A DNA stretch of 33,908 nt from Octopus bimaculoides. Lineage: Eukaryota. The notes beneath the pieces are model-generated. The model saw nothing but the letters and a program-made list of their open reading frames with translations. It had not been told where the DNA came from and did no database searches. Made by a program: the position numbers and the translations under genes. The stretch's first letter is position 1. Each line of letters starts with the position of its first letter. Below, piece after piece: positions 22,070 through 33,908 of the stretch. Location of the stretch: assembly GCF_001194135.2 (NCBI RefSeq), contig NC_068985.1:125220075-125253982 (forward strand), given 5' to 3'.

Positions 22070-23690
22070 NNNNNNNNNNNNNNNNNNNNNNNNNNNNNNN
22101 NNNNNNNNNNNNNNNNNNNNNNNNNNNNNNNNNNNNNNNNNNNNNNNNNNNNNNNNNNNNNNNNNNNNNNNNNNNNNNNNNNNNNNNNNNNNNNNNNNNN
22201 NNNNNNNNNNNNNNNNNNNNNNNNNNNNNNNNNNNNNNNNNNNNNNNNNNNNNNNNNNGAGTTGACCTAGCGAGCTGGTTGGGAGCTTTGAACAAGCCTA
22301 AGCCCCCAGGGAAATTGAAAGTGTGGGTTTATTAGCGTGAAGGTCCTTCTCAAAATCTTCTGGTCGCTGTTAATCTATGAATTTCTTATGAAAGTAGTGG
22401 AGGTTTTTGAAGGCAAGATGAGCAGTTTAGTTTATGTTGATCGAGTATAAGGCACAAAAATCCACTTTGTTCTGTCAGCGTGGAATTCACTGTCACACGC
22501 TCATGCGAACAACTGCAGCCCTTAAGTTTAAAGTACGTCCACGTCTTCAGTACAGGAATCATTTTTAGGGCAGTGGGGGAAATAGAAGGAAGCCGAAGTA
22601 TTTCAACTGGCAAAGGCATGGCTGAAATATAAGTCACTTCTCGGGTTTGTGGGTTGGTGGCATAGGACAGAACCGCACTCGGGAGATCCGTTACGGTCCG
22701 ATAAACAGTGGATAAGAAGGAAAGTCAGAAACTTGCGAGGAGGAAAGTGCGAGCATCAGTACACGAAGGGCAGTGGCAATGCCAAAACAGGGAACGTGGA
22801 TGAAGAGGAAACAGCTGGAAAAGTGGAATGTTCCCTGGCAAGACATCTGGCAGATGAACTCTCGGCGAATAAAAGTCTTGATTCAGGAGAACTACAAAAT
22901 CTCTTGCTCATTCAACCTACTTGAAAACAGTATATAGGAAATGCCTGCATAATCCAAATATTCTAATATAGGGACCCACAAAACTTCTTTAGTCGTTGCG
23001 CCTAGGTAATGAGTAAAGAATGCAGACATAGGAGACATAAATCAGGTATCAAAATCATCGCCGAGGGAATCGACAATTGGATCTGCAACAAAAGAAACAC
23101 CCAAAAGACACTGAAGAAGATAGTTTTTAAAGACGGCCAAAGAGAAAAGTAAAACACTTAAGAATTACTTTGATGGTTTGCTTCCTACAGTACATCACTG
23201 GATGATAGCAGTTGACCTGAAAAAGCGGTTGGAATTTCTCTCATATGTCAGCCAGTCATTGCTGGGAGATCAGATGTCATCTTCTTTCATAGGCTCATTG
23301 TACTGGAGTTAACTGTGTCCCGAGAAGAGAGAATGGAGAGAGCCCAAGATAGAAAGAAAGCAAAGTACTAGGAATTGGTGGGAAACTGTTGCAGGAACTG
23401 GTGGAGGACTAAGTGCCATATGGGCAGTCGACGGTTCGCAGGTCATTCACTTAGTAAAGTCTAGGGCGTTATAGAAATGAGTAGAAGAAGAGTCAAGTAC
23501 AATGTGGGGGCCCAGAGAAGAAAAGTATCTAGATGGCTCTGGCTAAACAGAAAAGACATTTGGAGTAAGTGGGATGCAACTTGGACGTAGTCTGGGGTTT
23601 GATAAATCTCGGTCAGATGGTCGTCATAAACGCGTAGACTCGAAACACACACCGACACCAGCACGCAACACTGATACTGTGTTCAACTAT
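21541..23690 (+). mobile_element. HERO-like RLE non-LTR retrotransposon, 5'-truncated and heavily decayed (RT, CCHC region, RLE, 3' UTR), split by (CA)n and a gap at 22041-22258
   Basis: Frame-shifted translations: GRADLILLW / GTLPHELIEAVLEKYH, MCFKPAKS, GKVINKF, PGKLKVWVY, RAVAMPKQGTW..WQDIWQM..RIKVLIQ, WMIAVDLKKRL, ELTVSREERMERAQDRKKAKY and SRWLWLNR. These are collinear with the HERO ORF as I recall it (GKGDLAVLW, FKPAKSRS, PGKFKAWIY, QQGAW, ELTVPWE, SRWLWL.R). Confidence 0.8.
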
Positions 23691-23791
23691 TTCCCCAGTA
23701 GATTTATGAAGAACTGGACGAGAGGCATATGTGTGCGTGCACGTGCACATACATACATACATAATACATACATACATACATACATACATAC

Positions 23792-25066
23792 AAAGGCAGC
23801 AGAGGTTTAATATCGATCCAACTGCCTTTGAGTGTCGTATCATATCCCTTCGGCAATATTTTTTAATCACCGAATATCGAAGTGCATCCTTAGACCAAAT
23901 TTGCATACATGAGGCTGATAACAGCATAAGACTTGGAAGGCAGCTCCTTGAGCAGCGTTCCTTGTCTGATAACCATAAATACATGCCCGAAGAAGTCGCA
24001 CGACTCTACCGCAACATATCATCAGATGAAAGGATGAGCGTATATGAACACAAGGCCATGGCATGGATATGCTAAGTAGAAAGCTCCGAGATGATAGTAA
24101 TATTCTTTTCTACTTTAGGCACAAGGCCCGAAATATTGGGGGAGGCGGGGCAGTCGATTAGATCGATCCAAGTAAGCAGCTGGTACTTAATTTACCGACC
24201 CCGAGAGGATGAAAGGCAAAGTCGTCCTCGGCGGAATTTGAACTCAGAACGTAAAGACAGACGAAATACCGCTAAGCATTTCGCCCGTCGTGCTAACGAT
24301 TCTGCCAGCACGCCGCCTTGAGATGAAAGTAATTATGATAATCAAAGCGGTATATCAGGAACCAACAACCGGATTACTATAACCCACTTTGAAGGGTATA
24401 CGTTTGCAATCCAGGAACAGGAAATATCAACCAAAAACCTGATGCACAAAAGGGAAAACAGTAAAATGTGATAATCGATGCAGACTTTGTGAAGTTAAAA
24501 CCGAAGATATTACCCATATCATATGCAGTTGTCCGAAAATGTCATCACGGTATGATCTACCGATGCGATATGATGTAGCTAGAATGTTAAAAATGAAATC
24601 GGTCGGAAAAATAACCCCGAGGACAAAGAAATAAGATCTCACAGTTTGGCAGAAGCCATAGCCACTCATAATAAAGAGTACTGGTGAGATGTTCCAGTGA
24701 AAACCTCAATAAAATGTTAACAGTATAGACCGGATATAATGATTTGGGATAGAGAAGAGAAACTGTGTACAGCTGAGGAAATCAGCTGCCCAGCAGTGAT
24801 TAACGGAAGGTTGAAGATCACTGAAAATGAGAATGGCTATGTTGAACTATTGAGAAATCTGCAGTTACTCTATCCAGATTGCAATTTCAGGTTTGTACCT
24901 GTAATTATTGGGACACTGTGATATGTAACACACTGCCTAAATACCAATCTTGAGAAATTTGGCTTCTCAAAACCAGAAAGGAGAAAGTTAATTCGAAGCC
25001 TACAAATCCAAGCCATTACTGGAACTGTAAAAATCTGAAAAAGTTTCTAGAAGTTTATCATTTAAA
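23792..25066 (+). mobile_element. Second family of RLE-type (R4-like) LINE, 3' part, interrupted by SINE-A
   Basis: ..FECRIISLRQY..YEHKAM(H/A) | FEGYTFAIQEQEISTK..DNRCRLCEVKTEDITHIICSCPKMSSR..RPDIMIWDREEKLC..EISCP..FVPVIIGTL: CCHC knuckle and PD-(D/E)xK RLE motifs, with stops and frameshifts. Confidence 0.85.
24102..24319 (-). mobile_element. Full-length SINE-A inserted in the LINE
   Basis: Intact head and core; TSD GAGATGATAGTAAT (24088-24101) / GAGATGAAAGTAAT (24320-24333), 13 of 14 identical. Confidence 0.92.
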
Positions 25067-25433
25067 TATATTTGAGCCCGTCCAGATATACAAGTATATG
25101 CATGAGAAGACATACATAAAGCAAAGCATACAAATCTACACGCATACATACATACATACATACATACATACATACATACGTACGCACAAAAACACCCTGT
25201 TGATTTTGTTGAAATTCCAAATCAAGGAGCTCTGAATCTAGGTTAGAAACCGGTTCTTTTTCTATTGGCAAGAAATCTTGAAATAAAATTGAATAATGAC
25301 ATACACACGTATATACACATGTGCATGCATATATTATAGGGATATATGTATAGAGAAACAAAAATACAGAATATTGAGATCAACACTCATATATCAGCAT
25401 ATGGCTATTTATAGATTTACAAAATTAGTTAAT

Positions 25434-25600
25434 TAGAGTGGCTGTGTGGTAAGTGGCTTGCTTACTAATCACATGGTTACATGGTTCTGGGTTCATCGTG
25501 GGTAAGCGTCTCCTAATATAGCCTCGGGCCGACCAAAGCCTTGTGAGTGGATTTGGTAGACGGGAACTGAAAGAAGCCCGCCGTATATATATACATACAC

Positions 25601-25654
<54 letters not shown>

Positions 25655-25675
25655 ACACACACGCACATATGTATT

Positions 25676-25709
<34 letters not shown>

Positions 25710-25885
25710 CTTGTATGTCTGTGTTTATCCCCCCAACATAGCTTGACAGCTGATGCTGGTGTGTTTATGTCCCCGTAACTTAACGGTTTAGCAAAAGAGA
25801 CCGATAGAATAAATACTAGGCTTAAAAAGAATAAGTCCTGGGGTCGCAGTCAAATGACTGAAACCAATAAAAGAATAAAAGAAAT
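25434..25885 (+). mobile_element. SINE-B with internal deletions and expanded (CA)/(TG) microsatellite
   Basis: GAGTGGCTGTGTGGTAAG head, AAAGCCTTGTGAGTGGATTTGGTAGACGG and GAGACCGATAGAATAAATACTAGGC..GTCAAATGACTGAAAC. Confidence 0.88.
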
Positions 25886-25940
25886 GGAGTACAAAAAATA
25901 CGGAAGAGTAAGGGGAGAAGGCGTGGTATTTTAAGTCCGA

Positions 25941-26180
25941 CATACATACATACATGCATACATATATACATACATACATGCATGCATGCGTGCATACATA
26001 CATACACATTTATATGCACGTACGTAAATACATACATGCATGCATACATACATGCATACATACATGCATACATACATGCATACATACATAATACATAGAT
26101 ACATATACACTTACATACGTACATATATACGTATATACATACATACATAATACATACATGCATACATACATACATACATG
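25941..26180. repeat. (CATA/CATG)n microsatellite
   Basis: Seen directly. Confidence 0.93.
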
Positions 26181-26536
26181 NNNNNNNNNNNNNNNNNNNN
26201 NNNNNNNNNNNNNNNNNNNNNNNNNNNNNNNNNNNNNNNNNNNNNNNNNNNNNNNNNNNNNNNNNNNNNNNNNNNNNNNNNNNNNNNNNNNNNNNNNNNN
26301 NNNNNNNNNNNNNNNNNNNNNNNNNNNNNNNNNNNNNNNNNNNNNNNNNNNNNNNNNNNNNNNNNNNNNNNNNNNNNNNNNNNNNNNNNNNNNNNNNNNN
26401 NNNNNNNNNNNNNNNNNNNNNNNNNNNNNNNNNNNNNNNNNNNNNNNNNNNNNNNNNNNNNNNNNNNNNNNNNNNNNNNNNNNNNNNNNNNNNNNNNNNN
26501 NNNNNNNNNNNNNNNNNNNNNNNNNNNNNNNNNNNA

Positions 26537-26841
26537 TTGTGCGAAAACACCTAAAGCTCCACGAGGCTCCGGCAGGGGATGGTGGTGAACCCTGCTGTAC
26601 TCTTTCACCACAACTTTCTCTCACTCTTACTTCCTGTTTCTGTTGTGCCTGTAATTCAAAGGGTTAGCCTTGTTACACTGTGTCACGTTGAATATCCCCG
26701 AGAACTACGTTAAGGGTACACGTGTCTGTGGAGTGCTCAGCCACTTGCACGTTAATTTCACGAGCAGGCTGTTCCATTGATCGGATCAACTGGAACCCTC
26801 GACGTCTTAAGCGACGGAGTGCCAACAACAACAACAACAAC
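26537..26841 (+). mobile_element. Probable retroposon 3' end with (CAA)n tail
   Basis: Non-coding sequence ending ..GGAACCCTCGACGTCTTAAGCGACGGAGTGC(CAA)n. I recall it as an abundant octopus repeat; single copy in this window. Confidence 0.5.
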
Positions 26842-27328
26842 CAGTGATAAAACAGGGCAATTTATTCAGTGCCATTATGGGTCGCAGGCCAGGATTGTGG
26901 GAACACCATTCTCTGTATTTCGGGTTTTATATCAGAGTAACCTTTTCCTAGAGACACGCTTTGACAAAAGCTGAGGGGTATGTCACTTCTAGTGGTCTTC
27001 CAGTGCACTGGACACCAACTCAGGATTTCTGAATGTCCGTGTTTTTGCTAGAAAGGGCGTTGAATCTGCACAAGGTTCATCCGTCCTTGTGATAGGTCTT
27101 GTTTTTAGTCCTACTGGGTTTTGGGTTTCTAACAACACCTTCTCACTAGGCCAGCTTATTGGGAGTGCCGGTTTAATTGCCGGCGACCAGACCATTCGAT
27201 AGGTTGTACCGGATTCCACATGATCAAAAGCGCACAAGAGAAACCTCACAAACGATATGTGCATACAGATGCATACAGATGCATACATGCAAACACGCAT
27301 ATGAAAATCTATATCGATTTATGTACAC

Positions 27329-27475
27329 CCATCCATCCATCCATCCATCCGTCCATTCGTCCGTCCGTCCGTCCGTCCGTCCGTCCGTCCGTCCATCCGT
27401 CCATCCGTCCATCCGTCCATTCGTCCATTCGTCCGTCCGTCCGTCCGTCCGTCCGTCCGTCCGTCCGTCTGTCTG

Positions 27476-27539
<64 letters not shown>

Positions 27540-27540
27540 C
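27329..27540. repeat. Compound (CCAT)n(CCGT)n(TCTG)n(CTAT)n microsatellite
   Basis: Seen directly. Confidence 0.95.
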
Positions 27541-27724
27541 TTTACATCATGACATTTCTGTGATACACGATCCCTATTGATCGTTTTTTTTCACGATCCC
27601 TTTAAAAAAATTTTGTATTTTTTAATTTTATTTATCTATTTATTTTTCTCCTCCCCCAAAAGAAAAGCTCTACTTTGTAACTTGTCCCCCCTGTATTCAG
27701 CCCTGCGTGGCTAATAAAGAAACA

Positions 27725-27758
<34 letters not shown>

Positions 27759-27787
27759 ATATACACACACGCACGCGTACAATCATA

Positions 27788-27836
<49 letters not shown>

Positions 27837-28314
27837 AAATAGGCACGCACACATGCATATAATTCAGCAAACAAAATATTCATAAAAGCCGACGGCGTAT
27901 AAATTGTGATATCGTGTCCTCTTTCGATTTTGTCGTCTTTAATGTTTGGTTAAGCGTAAACACACACACACACACACCCGTTATACATACAAAATAAAGC
28001 CAAAGAGAGATAGAAAGAAAGGAAAAAGAAATAGAGAAATAGAGAAGGAGAGAGAGAGAGATAGAGAGAGAGAAGAATTGATTGAGTGAGAGAAAAGCGA
28101 TAGAAGAATATAGTGCACAAACAAATAAGACATATAAATAGAAGACGGCTTGAGGGAAAGAAAAAGTTATTCATTTATAAGAAAAGTGCAAATGTTTAAA
28201 TACAGAACTGTTGTCGCTGCTTAGTTCTTTTAATAAGCGAAACAAAATTTATTGCATTGTTTTACAATTAACTACATCACAACGGATTTGAGACCGAAAT
28301 GTTGTAGTCGCAAA

Positions 28315-29070
28315 ATACAGTGAGACGTATTTCGCATGCCAGGCAAAAATGCCTAGCGGCATTTTCGTCCGTCTTTACGTTTGGAGTTCAAATTCTGCCA
28401 GAGTCATTCTTTCGAGGTCGCTAAAATAAGTACCAATTGAACACTGATGTCGATTTAATCTACTTACACTGTCTCTGGAAATTGCCGGCCTTGTGCGAAA
28501 ATTTGAAACCAATGTCGTTAGCACGCCGGCCAAAATGTTTAGTGACATTTCGCTCGTTTTTACGTTCTGAGTTCAAATTTCACCAGAGTCGACTTTGCCT
28601 TTCATCATTTCGAGATCGATGAAATAAGTACCAGCTGAACACTGGGGTCGATTTAATCGACTTGCACCGTCTCCCGAAATTGCTAGCCTAGTGCCAAGAC
28701 TTGAAAACAATATATAGTGAGATGTTCTTAACAAGCCGGCCAAAATGCTTAATGACATTTCATCCGTCTCTACATCATGAGTTCAAATTTCGCTGAGGTC
28801 GACTTTTTCTTTCATCCTCGCACGGGTCAATAACATTTGAAACCAATACATGGTGAGATGTTGTTGGCATGCTGGTCAAAATGTTAAATGACATTTCGTC
28901 CGTCTTAACGTTCTGAGTTCAAATTTCGCGAGAGTAGACTTTGCCTTTCATCATTTCGAGGTCGATAAAATAAGTACGAGTTGAGCACTGGGGTCGATTT
29001 AATAGACTTGCACCGACCCCCGAAATTGCTGGCTTTTTACCAAAATTTGAAAGGAATATATAGTGAGATG
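28315..29070 (+). repeat. Head-to-tail array of four 5'-truncated SINE-A units
   Basis: Units start at about 28328, 28515, 28725 and 28861. The linker ATA(T/C)A(T)(A/G)GTGAGA(T/C)G occurs at 28315-28327, 28712-28724, 28846-28860 and 29056-29070. Confidence 0.85.
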
Positions 29071-29200
29071 ATATTTAAGTTGTTTAGTGTCTACAGTAGG
29101 GATCCCCAATAACCAGGCTGTGGATCATTTGGTATCGGGCCGTACAAAAAATATAACCTTCAAAATTTCATGAATGTTTTTGCGTTATATATGTATTATC

Positions 29201-29419
29201 AAGGCAGCGAGCTGGCTGGATCGTTAGCATGCCGAACAAAATGCTTAGTGGTATTTCGTCTGTCTTTATGTTCTGATTTCAAATTCCGTCAGGTAGACTT
29301 TGCTTTTTTATCCTTTTAGAGTCGATAAGATAAGCACCAGTTGAGTACTGGGGTCGATGTAATCGACTCGTCCCCTCCTCACAAAATTTTAGTCCTCGTG
29401 CCTACTATAGAAATGATTA
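29201..29419 (+). mobile_element. SINE-A, full length
   Basis: AAGGCAGCGAGCTGGCTGGATCGTTAGCATG head, core, and tail GTCCTCGTGCCTACTATAGAAATGATT. Confidence 0.88.
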
Positions 29420-29586
29420 TATATGTATTATATATGTTATATGTATATATTATGTATGTAATAATTAAGTTACATATGCATTTTGTGTTTTATTATGTGC
29501 ACGATCCAGTTTTTTGGGTATGTTGTGGAAGTGGATCTTCGTTTTTATCACCTACATGATGGAATGATTGTATTGGATCGTATTTT

Positions 29587-29846
29587 AATACGTACGTACG
29601 TACGTACGTACGTACATACGTATGTATGTATGTATGTATGTATGTATGTATGTGTGCGTGTTTATGTATTTATGTATTTTTGTGTATGTATGTATGTGTG
29701 TGCATCTATGTATGCTTGTGAATGTATGTTCGTGTACATAAATATATTTGTATGTATCTACGTGTCTGTATGTATACATATGTATATGTATATACACACA
29801 GACACACACATATATATGTACACACATACATACAAACAAACATACA

Positions 29847-29880
<34 letters not shown>

Positions 29881-29900
29881 CACACACACACACACATACA
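29587..29900. repeat. (ACGT)n/(TATG)n/(CATA)n/(CA)n microsatellite cluster
   Basis: Seen directly. Confidence 0.92.
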
Positions 29901-29904
29901 TATA

Positions 29905-30015
29905 CTAGCAATGCAACCCGGCATTACCCAGGTGTTATGACCTGCAGTCACATTGTATTATTTGACAGAATCCGCACACGAGGAGTATGAAACAAACAAC
30001 TCTTCTTTATAAACA
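29905..30015 (-). mobile_element. Helitron-like 3' terminus / miniature element
   Basis: Minus strand reads CCTGGGTAATGCCGGG-TTGCATTG-CTAG|T: a GC-rich subterminal hairpin about 10 nt before CTAG. Upstream TTATAAAGAAGAGTTGTTTG resembles a decayed 5' end. Confidence 0.5.
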
Positions 30016-30044
30016 TGTTTTTTGGTCATTTTATCATGCACAAC

Positions 30045-30200
30045 GCTGCAGTTTCCGTCTACCACATCCAGTCGCAAGTCCGTGGTTGGCCTAGAGGTAT
30101 AGTAAAAGACACTCGCCCAAGGTACTATGCAGAGGGATTGAACGTGGAACCATGTGGTTGGGAAGCAAACTTCTCAACCCAACAGTCATTCTTGCATTTA
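30045..30200 (-). mobile_element. SINE-B 5' half, diverged
   Basis: CAGTTTCCGTCTACC..GACACTCGCCCAAGGT..GGAACCATGTGGTTGGGAAGCAAAC. Confidence 0.82.
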
Positions 30201-30644
30201 ATATGTGTGTGTGTGTTTATATTTGTTATAAAATCGAGTATTGTGTCTCCACTATGTCAGGTAGCAGTTCATCAAGCTGAGATCTATAAAATAAATGCCA
30301 GATTGAAATATTTACTGAGGTCAGTATAATCAATTAAATTTTTTGAAGGTGATACCCTATAATGGCGAAAGTCGAAAGACTAAACCCAGTAAAATAACGT
30401 TTAAAGATTTAATGGTTTCCAGTTTAAGGTAATGGATTACTAACCACAAGATAACGAGTTCAAAACTTCGCATTGAACTTCCACTCTATACGATAACACT
30501 ATATGTACATCTCAGTCTCCTTGACTTCGAACAATTAACAATTGTAATTTGAAGCTGAAAGGTTAGCACTAAGAAAGATGTTCTGGTTTCTTAAAAAATT
30601 ATTGTGCAAAATATTCTGAGAAAAAGTATTCTTTTCACCACAAC

Positions 30645-30711
<67 letters not shown>

Positions 30712-31459
30712 GTGTGTCTGAGCCCCTACAAATAGCAGCCAAATCTCTCTTAAAACCCTAACCCTTTCATCAAAAGAAAGACACAGATTGACAGTATTTG
30801 TGTATAAAGAAAAACAAACAAACAAACAAAAACTATGCGATGGATCTGCAACATCAGAGGCAACTCTGAGATAAACGGAACGAACATACTTCACATTAAA
30901 AGATTACCTACAAAACAATACTAATAAAGTTGACAGTATATCTTCGTAGTTTCATTCTTTGGTAAAACTCCATGTGTTTTAAGCATTTTCTCATTATGCT
31001 CTATCTAAGATATGCTGTTCAGGCAGAGTTGCATACCTCATTCGGTAGCTGAACATTTACTGAATCTTTTGATACCTCATCCGTCAAAATCAGCAACTCA
31101 GTTTGTATGCGCACACATACAAACAAAATCAGTTTTATATTTTAAAATTTTGTTGTATTGAGATGGTTAAGAGATTTAAGAAGACTGACACAAGTAAATT
31201 TATATTCAAAAGCAAAACGAAAATACTGTAACGGATAAAAAAAAAAGTTTCAGTTATTTAATGAACGATTAAAGAAAAGTAAGTGAAGTAAATAAAATAA
31301 TATAAGATAAAATAAAATTAATATTTCGGGATATCAGTTCTTGCAAAAATCTCATGGTGTTGATAGATGCTACATACATGCATGCATGTGGCATCTATCA
31401 ATCTATCCTTGTATACACATACACAAATATGAACAAGCATATATATATATATGCGTTGT

Positions 31460-31630
31460 ATTTTTGTGTTTGCGTCCCCGTAATCTAGCGGTTCGATTAA
31501 AGTGACAGATGGAATAAGTACCAGGCTTTTAAAAAATAAGTCCTGGGGTCTATTTGTTCGACTAATACCCTTCAAGGTGGTGCTCCAACATGGCTGCAGT
31601 CAAATGACTGAAACAAGTAAAAGAGTAAAA
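31460..31630 (+). mobile_element. SINE-B 3' half
   Basis: GTCCCCGTAATCTAGCGGTTCG..GGAATAAGTACC..CTGGGGTC..GCAGTCAAATGACTGAAACAAGTAAAAGAG. Confidence 0.88.
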
Positions 31631-32472
31631 AATATATATTTATTTACTTTAGCCGCTCATTCACGTTGCTCTTTCAAAACTGCTGGATGAGCGGAAAAAA
31701 TTTCGACGACGTACTTAGCCTCCTGGTTTTAGGTAACATTGATTCCATTTCTCCACCCTCTTCATCGCATAACCTTGTGTTGGAGTTGTTATTGCTCTTC
31801 TTTTACAGCTCTAGGTCAGCTTTACTCCCGTAGTTCTATGACGTTCAGGCAGCTAATTATCAGAACGTCTTAGGCGTAATCTAAAATCGCGATGCGATCG
31901 ACAGATTCCTAGTCACAAAATGCCTCCCCACCTCGCTGAAAGCCATACTCCAAAATACGCAATGTTGTGATGTATCGTATAGCATATTGTGTGACAGTAT
32001 TCACACTATACCCTGTGATGTAATTAAGAGCAAATTTTCTTGGTTAAATTGTCAAAACAGAGCATCGCGAAAATGTGATAGTGTCAAACTAGAATAACCC
32101 CTAATTCTTGAAGCAAATAAAAATTCAGTTTTATCTCAAGTCATTTCATGGTTCGTTTAATCGTCCTCACTTCAGTAATAGGGATTTCATGTCATGCCTA
32201 TCGTGGTTGAACTATATTTTATTCGATGTTCAGAACTATACGATATACTGGCGCTCAGCGCGGAAAGGACTGCAAAATATCGTTGGCTGTCGCACTCTTT
32301 CGCGTTCGGGGTGATTTCGTTTCGCTTATTTATGAGTGATGCTGTATTTTCAAACACAATACGTCTTTAAAGGGTTTTCACCTAGACGATGTACAGCAGC
32401 TACACAGCGTTTATCAACACTCATGCATTAAGTATGTTATATTGGTAATGCTTATACACATACACACATATC

Positions 32473-32800
32473 GAGGCGCATGACTCAGCGGCCAGAGCGT
32501 CGGGCTTATAATCCTGAGGTTGTGAGTTCGATTCCCAGATGTGCTGTGCTCTCTTGAGCGAGACACTTTATTTCATGTTGCTCCAGTACACTCAGCTGAA
32601 AAAAATAAGTTGCAACGTCACTAGTGCCAAATTGTACTGGCCTTTGCTTTTTCCTTGAATAACAACAGTGGTGTGGAGAGGAGAAGCTGGTACGCATGGG
32701 CAACTATTGGTATTCCACAAATAACCTTGCCCGGACTTGTGCCTCGGAGGGGAACTTTCTAGGTGCAATCCCATGATCATTCGTGACGAAGGGGATCTTT
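32473..32800 (+). mobile_element. SINE-C head and core with a different 3' region
   Basis: A-box-like TGACTCAGCGG and B-box GAGTTCGATTCCC; CTTGAGCGAGACACTTTATTTCATGTTGCTCCAGTACACTCAGCTG aligns to 17960-18010, but the downstream sequence differs. Confidence 0.75.
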
Positions 32801-32824
32801 ATATATACATATATATATAATATA

Positions 32825-32871
<47 letters not shown>

Positions 32872-32983
32872 ATATTTGACTGGAACCTACAGCTTTTGCT
32901 GCTTCAGGGTACGTTGTTTTGCTTTAATCATAAGAGGTTTTTTTTTCTTTGTGTGTGTGTGTATGTGTGTGCTTGCGCGCGAG

Positions 32984-33048
<65 letters not shown>

Positions 33049-33231
33049 GTATACATATATTGATATACATATATAATAGATTGCCCTACAACATTGTTTG
33101 TACAGCTGTGTCTACACAGCTTGTCGCCAAACGATTGTTGTTATAAAAGTCCAGGTGAACACTGAATGCACAAACCTATGATCAAAGGCATTCCAGCCAT
33201 GACCATTCGGTTTTTTAATATTCTTTTTCCA

Positions 33232-33410
33232 AGATGACGAATGAGTAGAGTTGTCAGTGCGAATGCTAAAATACTTTACAGTATTCCAGCTCTCTAACAG
33301 TCTGAGTTCAAAGCCTGCTGAGGTCAGCATTACTTTTATTCTTTGAGGGTCGTTCAAATGAAACGCGAGTTTAGAGTAGTGGACGGGTAGAATTGCTGGA
33401 GTTTGCAACG
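33232..33410 (+). mobile_element. Highly diverged SINE-A
   Basis: TCTGAGTTCAAAGCCTGCTGAGGTCAGCATT..TTCTTTGAGGGTCG. Confidence 0.5.
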
Positions 33411-33642
33411 AAGTGCCTTGCGGTATTAGTTTCAACTGTTTGGCCCTTTTGGGTCGGTTTACTTTAATCCTTTACCCAGTTTCACACCACAGTTTCGGTC
33501 CTTGGTAAGCCTTAGCAGAATCCATTCTGCTGCTAGCATGTGAGGAGCAAAGCTTTTCAATTTGGGAATAACAACTTCCATTTATCACATCATTGTCGGA
33601 GTCTCTGAGAAAATAAAGGAGCATGGACGATGCCCCTCCCTT

Positions 33643-33815
33643 CCAGGCGCAGGCATAGATGTGTGGTTAAGAAGATCGCATTGCATTCATGCGGTTTCAG
33701 GTTCAGTTCCACTGTGCGACACTTTTGGAAAGTGTCTTCTAAATAAAGCCCCAGACCGACTGATGCCTTTTGATTGAATTGGGTAAACAGAGGCTGTGTG
33801 GAAGCTCGTCGAATA
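33643..33815 (+). mobile_element. SINE-B 5' half, diverged
   Basis: CAGGCGCAGGCATAGATGTGTGGTTAAG..GGTTCAGTTCCACTGTGCGACAC..AAGTGTCTTCT. Confidence 0.78.
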
Positions 33816-33908
33816 CACACATACACACAAGCGCGAGCAAACATATTTCTATGTATGTATACACAAACACACACACACACACAACACACACACACACACA
33901 CACACACA

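Noticed and set aside
26989-27240. Minus-strand ORF of ordinary complexity (ESGTTYRMVWSPAIKP...)
   Set aside because: No recognisable motif, its start lies in a microsatellite, and there is no clear splice site. It is probably a non-coding repeat fragment.
29098-29150. GGGATCCCCAATAACCAGGCTGTGGATC.. resembling a hAT/Charlie-type terminal repeat
   Set aside because: Only one degenerate end, with no partner TIR or 8-bp TSD found.

Overview
This is eukaryotic, AT-rich, non-genic or deep-intronic DNA with about 10 assembly gaps (N runs at 5249-5732, 8452-8461, 11783-12559, 13891-13982, 16222-16231, 17073-17504, 19494-19829, 20808-21262, 22070-22258, 26181-26535) and many microsatellites. The repeat content looks like an octopus (coleoid cephalopod) genome; this is my recognition of the repeat families, not a database result. 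I can support no intact host protein-coding gene, tRNA, rRNA or CRISPR array. Nearly all long ORFs in the track are microsatellite or N-run artefacts. The window is a transposon graveyard. It holds decayed non-LTR retrotransposons: four or five R4/Dong-like restriction-endonuclease (RLE) fragments, one HERO-like RLE element and Tx1/L1-like pieces. It also holds a 5' fragment of a Tc1/mariner (maT-like) transposon, non-autonomous Helitron-like elements, and more than 25 copies or fragments of three tRNA-derived SINE families (my labels: SINE-A, -B, -C). The best leads are structural: a 331-bp palindrome whose six transition mismatches all form G-U wobbles on one strand, a neighbouring 133-bp hairpin, a SINE-derived tandem array, consistent (AAT)n targeting by R4-like LINEs with SINE-A in the opposite polarity, and modular SINE architecture. 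I see no convincing novel gene system. All protein-family calls come from manual translation and recalled motifs.
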